The notes beneath the pieces were generated by a model. That model was not told the DNA's origin. It worked only from the letters and a program-made list of their open reading frames with translations, and made no database searches. A stretch of 64,000 bases of DNA from the NCBI GenBank assembly GCA_943788365.1, contig CALSPZ010000001.1, positions 1,070,572 to 1,134,571 on the forward strand. The letters run 5' to 3'. The DNA comes from an uncultured SAR86 cluster bacterium (GTDB taxonomy: Bacteria; Pseudomonadota; Gammaproteobacteria; Magnimaribacterales; D2472). How positions within the stretch are numbered: the stretch's first letter is position 1; each line of letters begins with the position of its first letter. Position numbers and translations under genes: made by a program. Shown here one piece after another: positions 9,293 to 18,880 of the stretch.

Positions 9293-9764
9293 TATATGTT
9301 TTAACTGAGAAGTTAAATTCATTATCCGCATCTTTAACGAAATCCTCAGAGTCTTTTAAAGACCATTCATTCAAATCTACATCAGGGTAAAAAATATCGC
9401 CATCTACTTCACAATCAACTTTAGTTAGAACCAGTTTATTAAAAAAGCTAATTGATTCTCGAAAAAGATAGCCTCCACCTATTATTACAACCTCTTCGCC
9501 TTTTGGAACGCTCTCAATAGCAGAAGACAAATCCCTAAATACTTCAGCGCCTTCAACACTCTCCAACGTTGAAGATACTATAAAGTTAGTTCTATTTGGT
9601 AAAGGCCTTCCAATTGATTCAAATGTTTTTCTCCCCATTAATATGGTTTTTCCTGTTGTATAGTTTTTAAAATGAGTCAAATCTCTTTTTAATTTCCAAG
9701 GAAGGTCATTATCTTTTCCAATAACGTTATTTTTTGAAACTGCAACTAAATGGCTTATTATCAT
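9279..9764 (-). CDS. folA: Dihydrofolate reductase
   Basis: 161 aa. The sequence VAVSKNNVIGKDNDLPWKLKRDLTHFKNYTTGKTILMGRKTFESIGRPLPNRTNFIVS matches canonical DHFR. Confidence 0.9.
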   Translation of the reverse strand: MIISHLVAVSKNNVIGKDNDLPWKLKRDLTHFKNYTTGKTILMGRKTFESIGRPLPNRTNFIVSSTLESVEGAEVFRDLSSAIESVPKGEEVVIIGGGYLFRESISFFNKLVLTKVDCEVDGDIFYPDVDLNEWSLKDSEDFVKDADNEFNFSVKTYIKNS

Positions 9765-9765
9765 A

Positions 9766-10629
9766 TTAGATAGCCATTTTAGCTTTTATTGGTGGATGGT
9801 GCTCGTAGCCCTCAAGTGTAAAATCTTCAATGGTATATTTTCTTATATCATCTAAAGAGTCAAGATTTGGCATGCGCAATTTTGGTAATGGCTTTGGATC
9901 TCTTCGAAGTTGTTCTTTTACTTGTTCTATTGAGTTGTTGTAGATGTGAGCATCACCAAAAGAGTGAACAAATTTTCCTAATTTAAGATTTAATATATTG
10001 GCTAGAATTGAAAGTAACAATGCATAACTTGCAATGTTAAAAGGAACACCAAGAAACATATCTGCACTTCTTTGATACATGTGACAACTAATTACCCCAT
10101 TGCTCACATAATACTGAGACATCACATGGCAAGGTGGTAGCGCCATTTTATCAATTTCACTCACATTCCATGCAGAGAGAATATGCCTTCTGCTATCTGG
10201 GTTACTTTTAATATCTTCAATAAGTTTTTTTATTTGATCTACCCCAGACCAATCTCTCCACTGAGAGCCATATACAGGCCCAAGTTCTTTTATGGTTTCA
10301 GTATTAATATAGCCTAACGCCTTGCCTTGGTTATCAGCATTATCTGTCCATATGGTTGAATATTTTGACAAATCTTTTAATTCATTTCTTGGTTTGCCAT
10401 ACCTTATTTCAGCAAGTCTTCTTTCATCGCTTGAGCCCTCTAAGAACCAAAGAAGCTCTGAAACAACTCCTTTCCATGCAAGAGATTTAGTAGTTACTGC
10501 AGGAAAGCCATCCCTTAAATTAAATTCAAGTTGATGGCCAAACGAAGAGATAGTTCCTGTATTAGTCCTATCATCTTTTGTCTCACCATTTTCTAAAATA
10601 TATCCCAAAAGATCTAAATATGCCTTCAT
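9766..10629 (-). CDS. thyA: Thymidylate synthase (ThyA type)
   Basis: Contains MKAYLDLLGYILENGETKDDRTNTGTISSFG...ALPPCHVMSQYYV (catalytic Cys)...FGDAHIYNN. Confidence 0.95.
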   Translation of the reverse strand: MKAYLDLLGYILENGETKDDRTNTGTISSFGHQLEFNLRDGFPAVTTKSLAWKGVVSELLWFLEGSSDERRLAEIRYGKPRNELKDLSKYSTIWTDNADNQGKALGYINTETIKELGPVYGSQWRDWSGVDQIKKLIEDIKSNPDSRRHILSAWNVSEIDKMALPPCHVMSQYYVSNGVISCHMYQRSADMFLGVPFNIASYALLLSILANILNLKLGKFVHSFGDAHIYNNSIEQVKEQLRRDPKPLPKLRMPNLDSLDDIRKYTIEDFTLEGYEHHPPIKAKMAI

Positions 10630-11420
10630 ACATTCTTCCTTGAATGATTAAGAATTAATAAACCAGTAAAAATCATAGGTATACAAAGTATCTGCCCCAT
10701 GCTCATATCAAATATAAGAAATCCAATATGTGAATCTGGCTGCCTATAATTTTCAATTATAAATCTAATTACCCCATAAAGTATAAGAAAAGATGAGCAA
10801 ACTACTCCTTTTGCCTTTGTTTTTGTATAAATAAATCGTAAAAGAAAAAATAAGATTAACCCTTCCCCAAGACTTTCATATAGTTGCGAGGGGTGTCTCG
10901 GGATACTAAGATAGTCGGTAGGAAAAACAAACCCCCAACTCCCATCAGTAGCCCTTCCATAAAGCTCTCCATTAAGAAAATTTCCAATCCTAACAAGCCC
11001 AAGTCCAATTGGCATTGAAAGAGTCAAAGCATCGCAAAGCTTAAGAAAGCTTATATTGTTTTTTACTGAGAAAATATAAAAGCTTAATGCAACTCCAAGG
11101 AGGCCCCCATGAAAGCTAAGCCCTCCTTGCCAAACATAAAAAAGAGATAATGGGTTAGCTATTAGCTGCTCCGTCCCATAAAAAAGCATGTAGCCGACTC
11201 TTCCTCCTGCGAAAGCACCAAAGAAAAGACCATATGTGAAAACAAGATCACTAGTTTTATCGAATGAGAAACCAAAATTTTTAATAATCTCATGACTTCT
11301 TAAATATAAGTAAATAAAAATTGCTGACATCAACCATGTAATCGCATAGTATTGAATTTTTATTGGACCAACTTCAATGATACTTGGATTATTAAAAAAT
11401 TCTGATAGTTCAATAATCAT
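10626..11420 (-). CDS. lgt: Phosphatidylglycerol--prolipoprotein diacylglyceryl transferase
   Basis: Polytopic membrane protein with WQGGLSFHGGLLG and HPSQLYES motifs. The lgt-thyA adjacency is classical in Gammaproteobacteria. Confidence 0.9.
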   Translation of the reverse strand: MIIELSEFFNNPSIIEVGPIKIQYYAITWLMSAIFIYLYLRSHEIIKNFGFSFDKTSDLVFTYGLFFGAFAGGRVGYMLFYGTEQLIANPLSLFYVWQGGLSFHGGLLGVALSFYIFSVKNNISFLKLCDALTLSMPIGLGLVRIGNFLNGELYGRATDGSWGFVFPTDYLSIPRHPSQLYESLGEGLILFFLLRFIYTKTKAKGVVCSSFLILYGVIRFIIENYRQPDSHIGFLIFDMSMGQILCIPMIFTGLLILNHSRKNV

Positions 11421-12214
11421 TAAGTAGTTCCAATAAGCATATAAGTTGAGATTAAGATCATAAGCGCCGAAAAAAGTATTGTTAATATTTTATCTGATAT
11501 GGCATGCGCCATACCAGCCCCAATTGATGCTGTAAATACACTAGCTAATGAAATTGCAATCATTGCGGGTATATATATATAACCCATAGTTAAAGAGGGT
11601 AAATTTTCTTGATTTAAGCCAAGCACAACAAAAGAAAGAGACCCAAAGAAAGCAATTGGGATCCCACATGCAGCCGCCGTTCCTACTGATGTCTTCATGT
11701 TCAAGCCATTATATTTAAAGAAAGGAACGGTAAAACTTCCCCCACCTATGCCAAGTACTGAAGAGGCTCCCCCAATTCCAATGCCTGCAATTAAAGAAAC
11801 TATCCTACTGGTTTTTGCTTTTAAATTAACACTATTATTAAAAAGCATTTGCACAGCAATAAGAAATGCAAAAACACCTATTATTCTTCTTAACATTTCA
11901 CCGTTTAACTCATTTGCAATGAGTGCTCCAAAAATTGCTCCAAATGAGATTCCAGTCGCAACGGGAATCAATACTTTTTTATTAATCGACTCTTTTAAAT
12001 AATGCGATCTGGCAGATGAAATTCCAGTAAAAAAAATTGTGGCTAGAGATGTTCCGATGGCTAGATGAACCAAATAAGAACCATCAAATCCTAAAAAAGT
12101 AAATACAAATACCAATACCGGAACAATAATAATACCTCCTCCAACTCCAAACATTCCAGCTAAGATGCCTGCAAGCGATCCTACTAATAAATAAGCCATG
12201 AGCTCAATTAACAT
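11420..12214 (-). CDS. TauE/SafE-family (YfcA-like) anion exporter membrane protein
   Basis: 264 aa. It has two internally repeated Gly-rich TM halves (GVGGGIIIVP / GIGGGSFTVP), typical of TauE/SafE. Confidence 0.8.
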   Translation of the reverse strand: MLIELMAYLLVGSLAGILAGMFGVGGGIIIVPVLVFVFTFLGFDGSYLVHLAIGTSLATIFFTGISSARSHYLKESINKKVLIPVATGISFGAIFGALIANELNGEMLRRIIGVFAFLIAVQMLFNNSVNLKAKTSRIVSLIAGIGIGGASSVLGIGGGSFTVPFFKYNGLNMKTSVGTAAACGIPIAFFGSLSFVVLGLNQENLPSLTMGYIYIPAMIAISLASVFTASIGAGMAHAISDKILTILFSALMILISTYMLIGTT

Positions 12215-12695
12215 CTGAAAACTCTCTAAAATAAACTGGTAATAATTCAGTTAATACATCTCTATAAACCCTTTTCTTAAAAGAGACTATCTTTGAAATA
12301 GGATGCCAGTATGAAACCCATGCAAAATCGTCAAATTCTGCATCAGGGTCATTTTCAAAAGTAATAGGAGCCGATGATTTTATTTTAAACATGAACCATT
12401 TTTGCTTTTGACCTATTATTCCCTTTTTTTTAAAGCTTTTCCTAGCTAGGTCCTTGGGTATCTCATACTTAATCCAATCTTTTATCTTTCCTAAGTTTTT
12501 TATGTTGCTCGACCTAATACCAACTTCCTCAAATATTTCTCTCTTTGCAGCCTTCAATGGAATCTCACTTTCATTAATTCCACCTTGTGGAAATTGCCAT
12601 TGATTTATACCTCTTCTCTTACAAATAAGGACTTTGCCACAATTATTTACAATAATTAAACCTACATTTAATCTATAATTAGCTTCTTCATTCAT
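12204..12695 (-). CDS. rppH: RNA pyrophosphohydrolase (Nudix)
   Basis: Nudix box GGINESEIPLKAAKREIFEEVGI, the WQFPQGG block and the C-terminal pattern of RppH/NudH. Confidence 0.85.
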   Translation of the reverse strand: MNEEANYRLNVGLIIVNNCGKVLICKRRGINQWQFPQGGINESEIPLKAAKREIFEEVGIRSSNIKNLGKIKDWIKYEIPKDLARKSFKKKGIIGQKQKWFMFKIKSSAPITFENDPDAEFDDFAWVSYWHPISKIVSFKKRVYRDVLTELLPVYFREFSDVN

Positions 12696-12708
12696 TTAAT
12701 TTTTTTAT

Positions 12709-13365
12709 ATGAAATTAACAATATTTGACCTTGATAATACCATCCTTAAAGGAGATTCGGATTACTCTTGGATAGAATTTTTAATTAATAATAATTATGT
12801 TGATAAAGAATTTTATAGAAATAAAAATAACTATTTTTATGATCAGTATGTTGCAGGATCACTTAATATTCATGAGTACTGTGAATTTGCTTTAGGTACC
12901 TTTATTAGCTTGGGGAAAGAAAGAACAGAACAGGTCCTAGATATCTTTATGAAAGAAGTCATAGAGCCAATGATTAATATTTATATTCTGAGAGTCTTAC
13001 ATAAGCACTACGAAGCTGGCGATACTTTACTTCTTGCCTCTGCAACTAATTCAATTCTTGTTAATAAAATAGGTGCCAGGCTAGAGTTTAAAAATATTAT
13101 AGGAACAGACCCCGAAATTAATGAGGGAAACATTACAGGCAAAATACTTGGCGTTCCTGCTATAGGAGAGGGCAAGTTAAAAAAAGTTAAATCTTGGATG
13201 AATGAGAATGGGAAAGTAGATTTTAGCGAAACTACATTTTATTCAGACTCTATTAATGATCTTCCATTACTTTTAGAAGTTGAGGTGCCAATTGCTGTAA
13301 ATCCAGATAACATGTTAAGAGAAGAGGCTATTAAACAAGGTTGGGAAATAATAGATCTTATCTAA
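12709..13365 (+). CDS. HAD-IB family hydrolase (SerB-like phosphatase)
   Basis: HAD motif I FDLDNTIL, motif II LLASAT and motif IV YSDSINDLPLL. Confidence 0.75.
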   Translation: MKLTIFDLDNTILKGDSDYSWIEFLINNNYVDKEFYRNKNNYFYDQYVAGSLNIHEYCEFALGTFISLGKERTEQVLDIFMKEVIEPMINIYILRVLHKHYEAGDTLLLASATNSILVNKIGARLEFKNIIGTDPEINEGNITGKILGVPAIGEGKLKKVKSWMNENGKVDFSETTFYSDSINDLPLLLEVEVPIAVNPDNMLREEAIKQGWEIIDLI

Positions 13366-14599
13366 TCTTTTTTTCTATTTTATCAGCAACCATTTCAGCT
13401 GTTGCTGCGCTTAATGTCCATCCAAGATGTCCATGTCCAGCATGGTAGAACACTCCAGGCATTTTACTTTCATGAGTTAGTGGCATCATGCTTGGAGTCA
13501 TTGGCCTTAAACCTGCCCAAGGCGTATATGTTTCAGTGCTAACCTCTGGAAAGAATTCTTTTACCCATTTTAATAAGGGCCTAATTCTATCTTGTCTAAT
13601 ATCTGTATTGATACCAGCAAGCTCTGCTGTGCCAGCAACCCGAAATTTATCTCCAAGACGACTAGCTACAATTTTTACAGGCTGATCTATCAACGAAACC
13701 ATAGGAGCTCCACATTTAGATATCCGATCTTTTAGATCAATGGTTACGCTATATCCTTTAACAGGATAAACATTCATCGAGTCCCCAAGCGTATTAGCAA
13801 ATCTCTGAGTATTTACACCTGCACAAATTACAACATTATCAAACTCATGATTATTAATTTCATTGGTAGATCGACTTGTTAGAACAACCTTATCTCTTTG
13901 TCTTGTTATGTGTGTCACATCGGTATCAGTCAATGAAGTTATTCCATATTTTTCTATTAAGACCCTTTCAAGATTGATACAAAATTTATGAATATCACCA
14001 CTTGCATCTGACTTTGTATAAATGCCGCCAACTATTTTATTTTTTTCATTTGCAGTCTTTAAAGCAGGTTCAAGATTTTCTACCTCATTGGGATTAAGGA
14101 CCTCCCATTCCATTCCAGGCTGCTCAATCCAAGATTTTTTTGCAATATCGTCATTAAATTCTTTTTTAGAATCATAAAATCTTAAGATGCCTTTTTTTAA
14201 TAGATCGAATTCTATTCCCTCCTTATCTGCAATTTCAAAGTAAATCTCTCTTGCTCTTTTTGCGATTTCAATAGTATGAAGAGTATTCTCTTTATGAGTT
14301 CCTCTAAGGGTTTCTGCTAAAAATCCAATCATCCATTTATATTTTTGAACGTTTGGTGAAGGGTTGAAAAGTAAAGGTGCATCGGCCTTAAACATCCATT
14401 TAATTCCACTAATAATATTCTTTGGAGTATTCCAGGTTTCTGCATTACTTGCACTAAGCTGACCTCCATTTGCATAGCTTGTAGCCATTGCAGGATAACG
14501 CCTTGAATCTATTAGTGTTACGTTAAAACCTCTTTTTACTAGCGCGTACGAGGTAGTAGTTCCTGCTATGCCTGCACCAATAATAGCTATTTTTTTCAT
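13358..14599 (-). CDS. FAD-dependent oxidoreductase, D-amino-acid dehydrogenase (DadA)-like
   Basis: N-terminal dinucleotide fold MKKIAIIGAGIAGTTTSYAL. It has DAO-family length and a C-terminal HGHLGWT block. Confidence 0.75.
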   Translation of the reverse strand: MKKIAIIGAGIAGTTTSYALVKRGFNVTLIDSRRYPAMATSYANGGQLSASNAETWNTPKNIISGIKWMFKADAPLLFNPSPNVQKYKWMIGFLAETLRGTHKENTLHTIEIAKRAREIYFEIADKEGIEFDLLKKGILRFYDSKKEFNDDIAKKSWIEQPGMEWEVLNPNEVENLEPALKTANEKNKIVGGIYTKSDASGDIHKFCINLERVLIEKYGITSLTDTDVTHITRQRDKVVLTSRSTNEINNHEFDNVVICAGVNTQRFANTLGDSMNVYPVKGYSVTIDLKDRISKCGAPMVSLIDQPVKIVASRLGDKFRVAGTAELAGINTDIRQDRIRPLLKWVKEFFPEVSTETYTPWAGLRPMTPSMMPLTHESKMPGVFYHAGHGHLGWTLSAATAEMVADKIEKKIR

Positions 14600-14689
14600 A
14601 AATATATTATGGCACAGACATTAATTAGTTTTTTAGTAATACTTAATATTTATAGCAAAATAATAAATATTTTCATGATTTATTGATTA

Positions 14690-14708
14690 GTAAATGAGAC
14701 TCATTTAC
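14690..14708. promoter_or_regulatory. Perfect 9-1-9 palindrome GTAAATGAG-A-CTCATTTAC (Fur-box-like) inside the putative FTR1 promoter
   Basis: Read directly. It shares the inner AATGA-N3-TCATT core and the 19-bp 9-1-9 geometry with the Fur consensus GATAATGATAATCATTATC. It lies between a TTGATT (14683-14688) -35 and a TACACT (14706-14711) -10. Confidence 0.4.
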
Positions 14709-14740
14709 ACTTATAAACATAATTTTTTATTCACAAAAAT

Positions 14741-15628
14741 ATGAGCGAGTTTATTATTGTTTTTAGAGAGGTCTTAGAGGCATCTTTGGTTGTAGGGATT
14801 GTTTATTTATTGCTTGAGAAATCAAATCTAAAATCACATTTCACAAAACTATGGCTAGGAGTAGGCGCTGCCATAGCCGCAAGTGTAATAGTTGGATATT
14901 TTGTAATACTCGCAAAAAATTCACTAGGAAATGACTCAACAAAAGCTCTTTTTGAGGGCATATTTTTATATATAACAGCAATTCTAATTTGGTATGTAAT
15001 TTTCTGGCTTTCCAAGAATGTTTCAAATAAAAATGAACTTGAAACTAATACTCTTGAAGCAATTAAATTGTCATCATGGGGGGTTTTCTTTGTAATATTT
15101 TTTGCTATTCTCAGAGAGGGCTTTGAGACAGCAATTTTCCTAATTTCCAGTCTTTCTATTACAGGATCATTCTCATACCTTGGCTTTTTTATGGGAGCAT
15201 TTCTTGCAGTGCTCATAGGATATATGATCGTTAGGCAGGGTCGAAAGGTTGATATAAGAAATATTTTTAAATATTCAACTCTTCTATTAGTCTTTCTTGC
15301 ATCAGGAATGATTGCTTATGGCACCCATGAAATGGAAGAATATATAGTGAAGTCTGAAATCATCGAAGACTTTGATTCTAAAGATATATATAGACCATGG
15401 AATATTCTTGAGCCAAAAGAGAGCTTGTCTGATAATAATTTAACTTTTATGTATACATATAATGACAGTAGCAAACGGTATACACACTTGCTTCATGACA
15501 AAGGAAGTATTGGTGTTTTTCTAAAAGGCTTTTTTGGTTATAACAGCAATCCAAACTTACCAGAGCTTCTGTTGTGGATGCTATCACTTTTCTTAGGCAT
15601 AAAGATGTGGAGAAGTTTCTACTATTAA
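14741..15628 (+). CDS. FTR1/EfeU-family high-affinity iron permease
   Basis: Two REXXE motifs are present (REVLEA at the N-terminus, REGFET mid-protein), with 7 TM-like segments. Confidence 0.8.
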   Translation: MSEFIIVFREVLEASLVVGIVYLLLEKSNLKSHFTKLWLGVGAAIAASVIVGYFVILAKNSLGNDSTKALFEGIFLYITAILIWYVIFWLSKNVSNKNELETNTLEAIKLSSWGVFFVIFFAILREGFETAIFLISSLSITGSFSYLGFFMGAFLAVLIGYMIVRQGRKVDIRNIFKYSTLLLVFLASGMIAYGTHEMEEYIVKSEIIEDFDSKDIYRPWNILEPKESLSDNNLTFMYTYNDSSKRYTHLLHDKGSIGVFLKGFFGYNSNPNLPELLLWMLSLFLGIKMWRSFYY

Positions 15629-16710
15629 TCCTCGGATAGCTTTTTTTTGGCCTTTGCACCGAGTTCTTCAAGCTTTTTAGCTTGATCAAAGAGATTGCCA
15701 TTGCCTTCTAGTAATTTATTTTCAGCACCTTCAAGAGCAGAAAATGATTGATTTAAATGTCTTTTCAAATCTTTAATATCTGTTTTTAAACCATTAAATT
15801 TATCAATCATAAGTCCAGCTCTTTTTGCTATATCTTGAGCATTTTTATTTTGAGAATCTAATTTCCAAAGGCTTTCAGCCATTCTAAGAATAGATATTAA
15901 GTTAATAGGCGTTACAAATCCCATTTGATTCTGCATTGCTAGCCTTTGGATATCCCAATCAGCCTTCAAAGCAGATGACAAGGCAGATTCCAGTGGGACA
16001 AATATCAAGACATAATCAGGCGCATTTAAACCCTCAAGCGATGCATAGCTCTTTTCTACAAGACCATTCATATGAGCTTTAATTGATTTAATGTGCTCTT
16101 TCAAAGCTTTTTCTTCTTCCTGATCATCACTGGCATCAATATACTTTGTGTATGCTGTTAGCGAGACTTTTGAATCAATTATGATATTCCTATTATCAGG
16201 AAGATAGATTACAGCATCAGGCATATAGTTTTTGCCATCCTTTCCTTTAAAAGATTTCTGTAATTCATAGTCAATACCTTTTCGTAGCCCTGACTCCTCT
16301 AAAGTTCTCTCTAAAACCATCTCACCCCACTGACCTTGAGCTTTTGAATCTGATCTTAGAGCATTGGTTAGGTTGTCAGCATCGACACTTATCTTTGTTG
16401 TCTGCTCAACAACTTTTTCAACTTGTAGAGAAAAGTTTTCCTTTGCTTTTGCTTGCTCTTTTTTAAGATCTGTAATCTGATTATTTAATTGATTAATTTG
16501 CTCTTTAAATGGTGCTAGGGTTTCCTGCAATCTCTCAAAATTACTTTTATTAAGAGTTTCAGTATTTTCCTTCAAAACCTTATTAGCGAGATTGGTTAAG
16601 CTTAATTCTATAAATTTATTTCTTCTTTTGGCCATAAAAGAAAAAATAGCAATTATAATTACAGCAACTAAAATTATTGTTATATATAGGATTAGATTTT
16701 CTTGAACCAT
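15625..16710 (-). CDS. rmuC: DNA recombination protein RmuC
   Basis: N-terminal TM segment, long coiled coil and a C-terminal RmuC nuclease-like domain (GQWGEMVLERTLE...PDAVIYLP...IIIDSKVSL). Confidence 0.85.
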   Translation of the reverse strand: MVQENLILYITIILVAVIIIAIFSFMAKRRNKFIELSLTNLANKVLKENTETLNKSNFERLQETLAPFKEQINQLNNQITDLKKEQAKAKENFSLQVEKVVEQTTKISVDADNLTNALRSDSKAQGQWGEMVLERTLEESGLRKGIDYELQKSFKGKDGKNYMPDAVIYLPDNRNIIIDSKVSLTAYTKYIDASDDQEEEKALKEHIKSIKAHMNGLVEKSYASLEGLNAPDYVLIFVPLESALSSALKADWDIQRLAMQNQMGFVTPINLISILRMAESLWKLDSQNKNAQDIAKRAGLMIDKFNGLKTDIKDLKRHLNQSFSALEGAENKLLEGNGNLFDQAKKLEELGAKAKKKLSED

Positions 16711-16747
16711 ATTTATTTAATTAATTCACCAAAAATTTGTACATATT

Positions 16748-17956
16748 ATGTCTGACCATATTCTAAACCATTTTAATAAACTTAAGGCTAAAGGCCTAAA
16801 TATAGACATAACTAGAGGCAAGCCAGAATCAAAACAATTAGACCTTTCTAATGAGCTATTATCAATGGATATAGAGCCATACTTGGGCGATGTTGATCTA
16901 CGAAACTATGGAGAGCCCCTTGGTTTAAAAGAAGCTAGAATACTTGGATCTAACCTATTGAATACACCTGTAGATAATATTATTACTGGAGAGCAATCAA
17001 GCCTCCTTTTGTCATATCAATTCCTTCTATCTCATTACTTATTTGGCTCAAAAATTGCCTGGAAGGATTTAGATAATCCGAAGTTTATTTGTCCTGTTCC
17101 AGGTTTTGATAGGCACTTCAGAATGTTTGAAGATCTAGGGCTTGAGATGATATCTGTGCCTTTATTAGATCAAGGTGTTGATATTCAAAGCCTTAGAAAA
17201 ATACTAAATCAAGAAAAAGATATAGTTGGGATGATTTGTGTACCAAGGCATTCAAACCCATCTGGTGAGGTTTATTCAGATCAAAATATTTTAGATATCT
17301 TTGAAGCTACGACTAGCTATTCAGATGATTTTGTTGTTTTATTTGATAATGCTTATTTAGTTCATGATTTTCTTCCTACAAATGAACAATCCTCAATATG
17401 GGAATTAGCAAACAAATCAAACGCACTTCACCAAGCTGTATGTGTAACCTCATTTTCAAAAGTAACATTTGGAGGTGGAGGACTATCATTTCTCGGCGCA
17501 GCTGAAAAAAATCTTGAATTAATAAAAAGAATAAGAGCTTCTATGGTTATCTGTCCAGATAAGATTAATCAAAAAAGGCATTTAGATTTTTTTAAAGACA
17601 AGGATGCGATTATTAGGCATATGAAAAAGCATGCAGATCTTGTGAGGCCAAAATTTGAAACAGCTTACGCTATACTTGAATCAATATCCTCTGACTATGG
17701 AACCTTCTCTAAACCAACAGGAGGATATTTTATTACCTATGTAACAAAGAAACCTATAGCAACAAAAGTAGTTGAGTTATGTAAAGAAGCTGGGGTTCTA
17801 ATAACACCGGCGGGAGCAACATTCCCATATGGAGATGACCCATTAAATAACACTATTAGAATTGCGCCTACATTTGTAAATGAAGAAGATTTAAAATTAG
17901 CAATAGATGTTTTTATATCATCGGTGCAAATTGCCCACAACGAGCAGCTAGTTTAA
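16748..17956 (+). CDS. PLP-dependent aminotransferase, class I/II fold
   Basis: 402 aa. It has SFSKVTFGGGG (PLP-lysine context) and NPSGEVY, as in fold-type I aminotransferases. Substrate is not assignable. Confidence 0.75.
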   Translation: MSDHILNHFNKLKAKGLNIDITRGKPESKQLDLSNELLSMDIEPYLGDVDLRNYGEPLGLKEARILGSNLLNTPVDNIITGEQSSLLLSYQFLLSHYLFGSKIAWKDLDNPKFICPVPGFDRHFRMFEDLGLEMISVPLLDQGVDIQSLRKILNQEKDIVGMICVPRHSNPSGEVYSDQNILDIFEATTSYSDDFVVLFDNAYLVHDFLPTNEQSSIWELANKSNALHQAVCVTSFSKVTFGGGGLSFLGAAEKNLELIKRIRASMVICPDKINQKRHLDFFKDKDAIIRHMKKHADLVRPKFETAYAILESISSDYGTFSKPTGGYFITYVTKKPIATKVVELCKEAGVLITPAGATFPYGDDPLNNTIRIAPTFVNEEDLKLAIDVFISSVQIAHNEQLV

Positions 17957-18285
17957 TTATTTGTCCTAGCATGGGGAATATATTTTTCACCATCATAATG
18001 AGAGAAAATTTTATTAATATCAGGGTGACAGCATTCACTATTGTCCATATCAATTAATAGGTTTTGTTCAGACACATAAGCTACATAAAATATGTCTTTA
18101 TTTTCAGCTAGAAGATGATAAAAGGGCTGATCTTTTTGTGGTCTAATTTCTTTTGGTATAGCCATATACCATTCTTCACTATTATTGAACTCAGGATCAA
18201 CATCGAAAATTACACCTCTAAAGTGGAGGAACTTATGCTTAACTATAATTCCAATTGAGAACTTTGTTTCTACAAGATCATGCAT
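17953..18285 (-). CDS. hspQ: Heat-shock protein HspQ (YccV hemimethylated-DNA-binding domain)
   Basis: TKFSIGIIVKHKFLHFRGVIFDVDPEF...PFYHLLAEN...AYVSEQNL parallels E. coli HspQ. Confidence 0.8.
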   Translation of the reverse strand: MHDLVETKFSIGIIVKHKFLHFRGVIFDVDPEFNNSEEWYMAIPKEIRPQKDQPFYHLLAENKDIFYVAYVSEQNLLIDMDNSECCHPDINKIFSHYDGEKYIPHARTNN

Positions 18286-18321
18286 TATATTAATAAATTA
18301 AATCAACTTAGTTAAATTATC

Positions 18322-18663
18322 ATGAGTAAAAAAATTTTAGTAGTAACTTCTAATGAAATATCAGGTTATGAGAATGTAGAACATCTTGGAATTGTTCAAG
18401 GTAGTACAGTTAAATCACGAAATTTTCTTAGCGACTTTCTTGCATCTCTCAAGACTATAATTGGAGGGGAGTTAGTTGGATATTCAAAACTTCTTGCATC
18501 TGCTAGAGGTCAAGCCTATGATCGAATGCTTCTAGAGGCAGAAGATATTGAAGCTGATGCAATTGTTAGTTTCAGATTTCAAACCTCATCAATTGCAAAA
18601 GGAGCTTCCGAGATATTGGCTTATGGAACAGCAATAAAAATAAAAGGTACATCAAATGAATAA
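18322..18663 (+). CDS. ybjQ: YbjQ/UPF0145 family protein
   Basis: 113 aa. Contains LGIVQGSTVKSRNFLSDFLASLKTIIGGE...ARGQAYDRMLLEAEDIEADAIV, typical of UPF0145. Confidence 0.8.
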   Translation: MSKKILVVTSNEISGYENVEHLGIVQGSTVKSRNFLSDFLASLKTIIGGELVGYSKLLASARGQAYDRMLLEAEDIEADAIVSFRFQTSSIAKGASEILAYGTAIKIKGTSNE

Positions 18664-18880
18664 AACAGAAAAAACAGCATTCAGAGAAGCAATCATAGTT
18701 GTTCTAATGGGGGCTGCTATAAATTTTCCACTTCAAACTTTTTTATTGTGGCTAACAATAGACAATTGGCACTGGTCTAACCCTCTGTCTATTTCAATCT
18801 TTACACAATCAATCTTAACTTTTGTAGCTCTTATTAGGGTTTATTCTATTAGAATGCGATTTCAAAGAGGAAAGTTCTAA
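18656..18880 (+). CDS. Hypothetical small membrane protein (2 predicted TM)
   Basis: 74 aa with two hydrophobic helices and a basic C-terminus. The start overlaps the ybjQ stop by 8 nt. No family recognised. Confidence 0.4.
   Translation: MNKTEKTAFREAIIVVLMGAAINFPLQTFLLWLTIDNWHWSNPLSISIFTQSILTFVALIRVYSIRMRFQRGKF

Noticed and set aside
14609-14686. 25-codon hydrophobic ORF (MAQTLISFLVILNIYSKIINIFMIY) in the dadA-like/FTR1 intergenic region.
   Set aside because: It has no SD and lies in the divergent promoter region. The composition is what AT-rich DNA yields by chance.
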